This document shows, in pieces, positions 59,641 through 64,000 of a DNA stretch of 64,000 bases (positions within the stretch are counted from its first letter, which is position 1; every line of letters starts with the position of its first letter). The stretch lies in the IMG/VR virus record IMGVR_UViG_3300025282_000024, one strand, 5' to 3'. The position numbers and the translations under genes are program-made. The notes beneath the pieces were generated by a model that was not told the origin of the DNA, ran no database searches, and worked only from the letters and a program-made list of their open reading frames with translations. Source of the DNA: a virus.

Positions 59641-62256
59641 TTATTTTTTCCCCTTCAAAGATTTTCGCCCAGCTTCTAAAGCCTTAGTTACTTCTGGATC
59701 CATTAATGCTTTTTGGCCCGCCGGTGTTAATCCCTCTGGTCTTCCCGTGTATGGATTGGTTAATGTTGGGGGAGCCATTCCACTAGTATCGACTCCTGGC
59801 GCACCAAAGTCTGCGCCACCCACACCAGTAATTGCTATATCTTCTGCTGTCATAGGACCGGTCGGAACCTTTGCTTTCTTTCTCCTTTTTTTACCACCTT
59901 TCGCGCAGTATTTAACTCCTTTGCAATGGTCCCTGGAAAGCCAATAATCAGGGCGCCCGGGCTTTGCAAAATCCTTCCCATTCCATCGCCATCCGCGGCC
60001 TTCTAACCATTTTATCGACATACCTAACGCCGCCTCTTTTTTAGCGGCCGTATTGCCAGCCATTCCTGAGCCACCTTGCCCATCGGGGTCAGGAATTCCA
60101 GTATCAGGAGTATCTGGTAAAGCTCCAGCTGCACGATCTTGCTCTCTAACTTTCAATTCTATGCACGCGTCCTTATCTCCTTTCTCACATGCTGCTCTAA
60201 GTTGAGCGTCAGTCATTTGATCCATTAATTTCTGCTTTTCTACGCTGACTTCCCCTTCTTCACCACCAACGGAACCTGTTACTTTCAATGCGGCATAAAT
60301 TCCTAAGCCTGTGCAGAGTACCGGATGTTTTTTACACCAAGCTCCTAGGGCTCTAAAAATGCGCCCTTTACTAAGATTTTTCCAAAAGCCCGGTTTTGCA
60401 GCGCCCCGGCCTGCTCCTTTGGCTGCTCCTTTGGCTGCCGCTTTGGCTGCTAGTCTCTTTTGTAATCTAGCTGCCATAGCTTTGCTTGGCTTGAACTTCG
60501 CCAATTTAGCTGCCATCTTCTTCGCAGATGCATTTTTCGCCATTGGCTTCATGCCGCGTTGTGCCATGGCCAGATGAAGTTTCTGTCTAGAGAGGGTATC
60601 CCACGCTTTGCCCCTTGGCTTATTTATCCATGTTTTACCGTGTTTACCTACCCACTTGCTCCAACTATAACCCTTAGTACCAACCTTCCCACCGCGTTGC
60701 ATCATTTTTTGCAGCATTTTTTTACCGAGTTTGGTACCTCCGAGTTTTGAAAGACTTTTGGTTCCCACCCTCGCGGCGCCGCGGCCGAGGCGGGCCAGAC
60801 CGGTGAGCGACTCTAATAATACTATAGATGGAAAAATATTCTCTTCTTTTCCTTCGTGTAAAAGGCTTAGTGCCGCCGAAACTGCGCCCACATTTTTTCG
60901 ATATTCTTGTTGCGCTCTAAATTCTCTAAGGAGGAAATCATTTTCAAGATGAAGGCCCTCAGTTATTGCCTTCTTCATCTTTTCTTTATTTTCCCGGTTT
61001 TGTTTTCCTGCTTTTACCAAAGCCTTTTTAGCTTTGCATGCAGTAGTTTGTATTGTTTTTAGAGCATCCTTTGTTAAAAAGTCCACTTGAGGCGTATTAA
61101 TTTCTTCTCCTCTCTCTACATAAGCTTTTTCCAATGTTGCTGAAATATGTTTTTCAAATTCATCAATCACAGGCCCTTTCGCCGCGCACATTTGATTTAA
61201 AATATCTAATTTTCTTTGGGCAGAGGCTTCCTTTGGTATTTCTTCCTCGCCTTCTTCATCACTTTGTGCCAATAAAGATTTGGTCGATTCCAAGCCTTTC
61301 TTTAAAATTTCAGCTTTGTTTTCGGGTCCATCGTCGCTTTTTTTGGATTCGTCACCTTCAACTTCTTCAACTTCTTCAGTTTCTTCAGTTTCTTCAGCTT
61401 CAACGAGCCAATTTTCGAAAAGAGTATGAGGGTGTTTGTTATCTATTTTTTCTTGTAGTAATTTTTCACTATAAGAGACAGTCTCTTTATTTATTTTTTT
61501 TTTTTCGTTTACTGGTTTTCGCGCTTCAACACCCTGTGGATGAGGATCTGATTCTACGACGACATCATCCTCACTTTCTTCTTCTTCTAGTACTGCTTCG
61601 CCTTCTCCCTCTAGGGATCCCTCTTCACCCGTTCGATAATCAATTGGGTTCATATACGCTTGCAGTTCTTCTTCAAGGGTTTCCTCTTTGAGGGTTTCTT
61701 TTTCCGGAAACTTATAACCCCACTTTTCCATTAACAGACTGTTAAGTTCTTTATCTTTCCATTGTTTCGTCGACATATGGTTTGCTCCTTTAATAGAGGT
61801 ACGCTTATAAATAGTTTCATTAAGCTGAATATTCTTTATTTTAGATGTTTTAATGCCGTCTTCCCAGTCTCTCAAACAAAAATTCCCTTCCCTATATGCT
61901 TCGTCCTCCATCCCTCTTAAAAATTTATCATCTTGAGCATAGCCAGGTTTGGTAGAAAACTCTCTATTAAAGTCTCCCCGACAATTTTGATTATGATGTA
62001 CCAGCTCATGAGATAAAGATCTTAAAATATCTTTAATATGGCGCTTATCCACCATTATGGTGATAGCCATTTGAGAAGGATCATAATACGCTGTTTTACC
62101 CAAAGGGTTGAGCGAGTTTTCCTCATCGGAAGCAAAATTAATCGTAGGAGGCTTATTAAAGCCCAATCTTTTTTGTGCGAAGGGGAGAAACTCTCTTGCC
62201 AATTGTTCCAGTTGTGTTAAATCATAGGAAGTACTATTATTTATTACATATCCCAT
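59641..62256 (-). CDS. Multidomain protein: N-terminal zincin metallopeptidase, acidic LxE-rich linker, basic amphipathic region and hydrophobic helix
   Basis: 871 aa; DILRSLSHELVHHNQ..MEDEAY (HExxH + E). Confidence 0.7.
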   Translation of the reverse strand: MGYVINNSTSYDLTQLEQLAREFLPFAQKRLGFNKPPTINFASDEENSLNPLGKTAYYDPSQMAITIMVDKRHIKDILRSLSHELVHHNQNCRGDFNREFSTKPGYAQDDKFLRGMEDEAYREGNFCLRDWEDGIKTSKIKNIQLNETIYKRTSIKGANHMSTKQWKDKELNSLLMEKWGYKFPEKETLKEETLEEELQAYMNPIDYRTGEEGSLEGEGEAVLEEEESEDDVVVESDPHPQGVEARKPVNEKKKINKETVSYSEKLLQEKIDNKHPHTLFENWLVEAEETEETEEVEEVEGDESKKSDDGPENKAEILKKGLESTKSLLAQSDEEGEEEIPKEASAQRKLDILNQMCAAKGPVIDEFEKHISATLEKAYVERGEEINTPQVDFLTKDALKTIQTTACKAKKALVKAGKQNRENKEKMKKAITEGLHLENDFLLREFRAQQEYRKNVGAVSAALSLLHEGKEENIFPSIVLLESLTGLARLGRGAARVGTKSLSKLGGTKLGKKMLQKMMQRGGKVGTKGYSWSKWVGKHGKTWINKPRGKAWDTLSRQKLHLAMAQRGMKPMAKNASAKKMAAKLAKFKPSKAMAARLQKRLAAKAAAKGAAKGAGRGAAKPGFWKNLSKGRIFRALGAWCKKHPVLCTGLGIYAALKVTGSVGGEEGEVSVEKQKLMDQMTDAQLRAACEKGDKDACIELKVREQDRAAGALPDTPDTGIPDPDGQGGSGMAGNTAAKKEAALGMSIKWLEGRGWRWNGKDFAKPGRPDYWLSRDHCKGVKYCAKGGKKRRKKAKVPTGPMTAEDIAITGVGGADFGAPGVDTSGMAPPTLTNPYTGRPEGLTPAGQKALMDPEVTKALEAGRKSLKGKK
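60411..60450. repeat. In-frame 12-bp tandem repeat, about 3 copies (encodes AAKA/AAKG)
   Basis: ctgctcctttggctgctcctttggctgccgctttggctgc. Confidence 0.8.
61357..61402. repeat. In-frame 9-bp tandem repeat (encodes EET EET EEV EEV)
   Basis: ttcaacttcttcaacttcttcagtttcttcagtttcttcagcttca. Confidence 0.8.
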
Positions 62257-62262
62257 TACGTA

Positions 62263-62270
62263 ATAAGTAG
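62263..62270 (-). promoter_or_regulatory. Putative late promoter motif CTACTTAT
   Basis: Occupies most of the 14-bp gap between the purA stop and the ATG at 62256; no SD present. Confidence 0.55.
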
Positions 62271-63266
62271 TTAGATTTTATCTTTATGGCTTGAAAAATG
62301 AATTTGATGAAGACTATCTACTCCCAGGCTTTTTGATAATAAATCTTTGAATTCGTTAGAAGAATTAAAATTTATTTTATTTCCATCTTTATAAAGAGCC
62401 CACGATCTTACCTTCTCTAAAACATCCATTTTATTAACAACAAGATGAGTAACACCGTTGATATGAATGGCTTTTCTAAGAAAATTTAAATCCATCCAAT
62501 TAACTTGACGTTTTCTTCCTGTTGTGGCGCCATATTCTTCGCCCACTTCTTGAATTAAACTGTAAACGGAGCCTTCTGGTTGAAAACTTTTTGCTCCAAC
62601 ATATGTTTCATACCCTTTTGCAACGCCCCAAACATGTCTGATGTTTTGAGGTGGTATTCCATTCATGCATGCTGCAGCAGAAATACAATTAGAAGATGTA
62701 ACATAGGGATAATCTCCCCAATCTATATCTAATCCAAATCCTTGGGCGCCCTCAAATAATACTTTTGAGTTGGGAGTATTAACATATAGCTCATCATATA
62801 AATCCACAATATATGGTTCTAATTCTGGAATGTCCTTAGCTCTCAGCCCTCGTCTGTCATATTTATCGCGATAGGCCGGCCCATTACCTCTTTTTGTTGT
62901 ACCTATTTTTGTATCTTTCCCATCTTCTTCAAGATGATCTTTTGTAATAATGTGAGCGTTCTCCGCAACAAAAATAAGCCCATTGGTTTTAATTCCGCCG
63001 CTTTCTAACTCTCCTATTTCTTTAAAAAATTGATCGACATTAAGAACACAGCCAGATCCGATAATAGATTTAATACCAAAAAACACTCCCGCAGGAATGT
63101 GATGAGTAACAAATTTTTTCCCATTATGGAAAATTGTATGGCCGGCATTACACCCTCCGTTATAACGAATAACGTGAGTATAATCTTCTTCTTGACAAAG
63201 CGCGTGTGTTACTTTGCCCTTTCCACAATCACCGTATTGTAAATCAACAACAACATCTGCAAACAT
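62271..63266 (-). CDS. purA: Adenylosuccinate synthetase (short form)
   Basis: QYGDCGKGK, RYNGGCNAGHT, IGTTKRGNGPAYRDK, FEGAQGFGLDIDWGDYPYVTSS, EYGATTGRKR, NKMD; SD GGAGG. Confidence 0.95.
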   Translation of the reverse strand: MFADVVVDLQYGDCGKGKVTHALCQEEDYTHVIRYNGGCNAGHTIFHNGKKFVTHHIPAGVFFGIKSIIGSGCVLNVDQFFKEIGELESGGIKTNGLIFVAENAHIITKDHLEEDGKDTKIGTTKRGNGPAYRDKYDRRGLRAKDIPELEPYIVDLYDELYVNTPNSKVLFEGAQGFGLDIDWGDYPYVTSSNCISAAACMNGIPPQNIRHVWGVAKGYETYVGAKSFQPEGSVYSLIQEVGEEYGATTGRKRQVNWMDLNFLRKAIHINGVTHLVVNKMDVLEKVRSWALYKDGNKINFNSSNEFKDLLSKSLGVDSLHQIHFSSHKDKI

Positions 63267-63297
63267 ATTACCTCCAATAAGATAATATTACCATATT

Positions 63298-64000
63298 TCA
63301 AAGTAAACGTTTACGAATAAATACTCTTATTTTATTTTCTTTGAAATAGTCTTTTGATGCTTTTGCTTCTGGGTCAAATCTGCCTAAAACGTGTTCGACT
63401 GCTTTATCTGTGGAGAACTCTGGATCTAGATACATACTCACTGAATCATATAAATTGTTAAATTTACCAGTAGGCATTTGAATAACATTATTCATCACAT
63501 AATGGGCATTTAAATCTTTATATTCTGGACCTTGATGAGGCTTCATTACTTTTTCTTTTGGCTCCCCGCTAGCTTTCGCTTTTTTGGCTCCTTTTGGCTT
63601 TTGAACTTTTTCTGGAGCGGGGAAATAATCGAATGCCGATCCCTTTTTGCCACTAGCTGTAATACTTCTAATTCCTGGTGTGCTTATTTTTCCCTTTTCA
63701 TCTTTAATACCTAAAAGATATTTTGATGCCTCTTCAAATCCATCAACGTCTATTGTGCTAATAATAGTAGCTAACCAATCTTCTTCTTCCAATTTTTTGA
63801 GCCCCTTTAAATCCTCGTTTATTTCCGCGATATTCGTAATCGATTCGCGAATTTGATTATAGGCAAATTGTGTGGTCACACCCAAACCAGCTTCCCCGGT
63901 TTGTCGGATCTGAGAGGCCACCCAAATCAATGCTTGAAGTTCATGAGGTAATAAACCTAAATTCTTAGCTTCTTGTGCAACCAATCTTGCCATGTATCGA
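63298..64000 (-). CDS. Hypothetical protein, 3' part only (5' end lies beyond the window)
   Basis: The frame stays open upstream of the listed Met (..RYMARL) to the window edge. Contains LGLLPHELQALIWV and ends in YFKENKIRVFIRKRLL. Confidence 0.7.
   Translation of the reverse strand, partial: RYMARLVAQEAKNLGLLPHELQALIWVASQIRQTGEAGLGVTTQFAYNQIRESITNIAEINEDLKGLKKLEEEDWLATIISTIDVDGFEEASKYLLGIKDEKGKISTPGIRSITASGKKGSAFDYFPAPEKVQKPKGAKKAKASGEPKEKVMKPHQGPEYKDLNAHYVMNNVIQMPTGKFNNLYDSVSMYLDPEFSTDKAVEHVLGRFDPEAKASKDYFKENKIRVFIRKRLL

Noticed and set aside
60411-61402. Tandem repeats as regulatory or phase-variation elements
   Set aside because: Units of 9 and 12 bp are in frame and encode low-complexity linkers.
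62271-63266. PurZ (2-aminoadenine, Z-genome) synthase
   Set aside because: It keeps the PurA catalytic Asp (QYGDCGKG; PurZ has Ser) and the NKMD guanine-specificity motif. No datZ/mazZ-like neighbours were recognised.
304-63856. Numerous 60-185-aa ORF-track entries on the + strand or nested on the - strand
   Set aside because: They are antisense or out-of-frame shadows of long genes, with no recognisable motifs or SD sites. Only 52677..53893 is convincing on the + strand.
1-64000. Stop-codon reassignment, introns/inteins, DGR or IS elements
   Set aside because: Genes tile densely under the standard code with TAA, TAG and TGA all used as stops. No split genes, intein, reverse-transcriptase or transposase motifs were recognised, though by-eye detection is limited.

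Overview
AT-rich, gene-dense 64-kb segment of a large (jumbo-type) contractile-tailed phage genome in the standard genetic code. All convincing genes lie on the - strand except one + strand pair (52677-53893). In transcription order (right to left) it contains five blocks. (1) Acidic/basic multidomain proteins rich in LxE and LRxxIR motifs, read as capsid-packaged, protease-processed proteins. They carry zincin, annexin-like, ligase-like, HUP nucleotidyltransferase and SET domains, and a short purA interrupts the block. (2) A host-interaction block: Fis-like HTH, a complete 438-nt tmRNA (tag ANNDMEFDYALAA), a secreted trypsin-like protease, PIN-PhoH, DoxX, a zincin and a Cas4-like nuclease. 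(3) A nine-gene glycan cluster: 3 GT-B, a GT2 fusion, GT10, 2 FkbM methyltransferases, an SDR and gmd. (4) A gp55-like late sigma factor. (5) A ~37-kb baseplate/tail module: hub-lysin with tandem alpha/beta hydrolases plus a MepA peptidase, spike, gp25, gp6, a DNRLRE-like protein, a 3548-aa LamG protein and large orphans. The main leads are a possible virion O-glycosylation system (GT cluster plus an enriched [ST]-[GA]-S tripeptide in a subset of structural proteins), a cleavable head-delivered enzyme polyprotein, and a non-T4 late promoter motif CTAHTTAW. All family calls come from motif recognition by eye; no searches were run.
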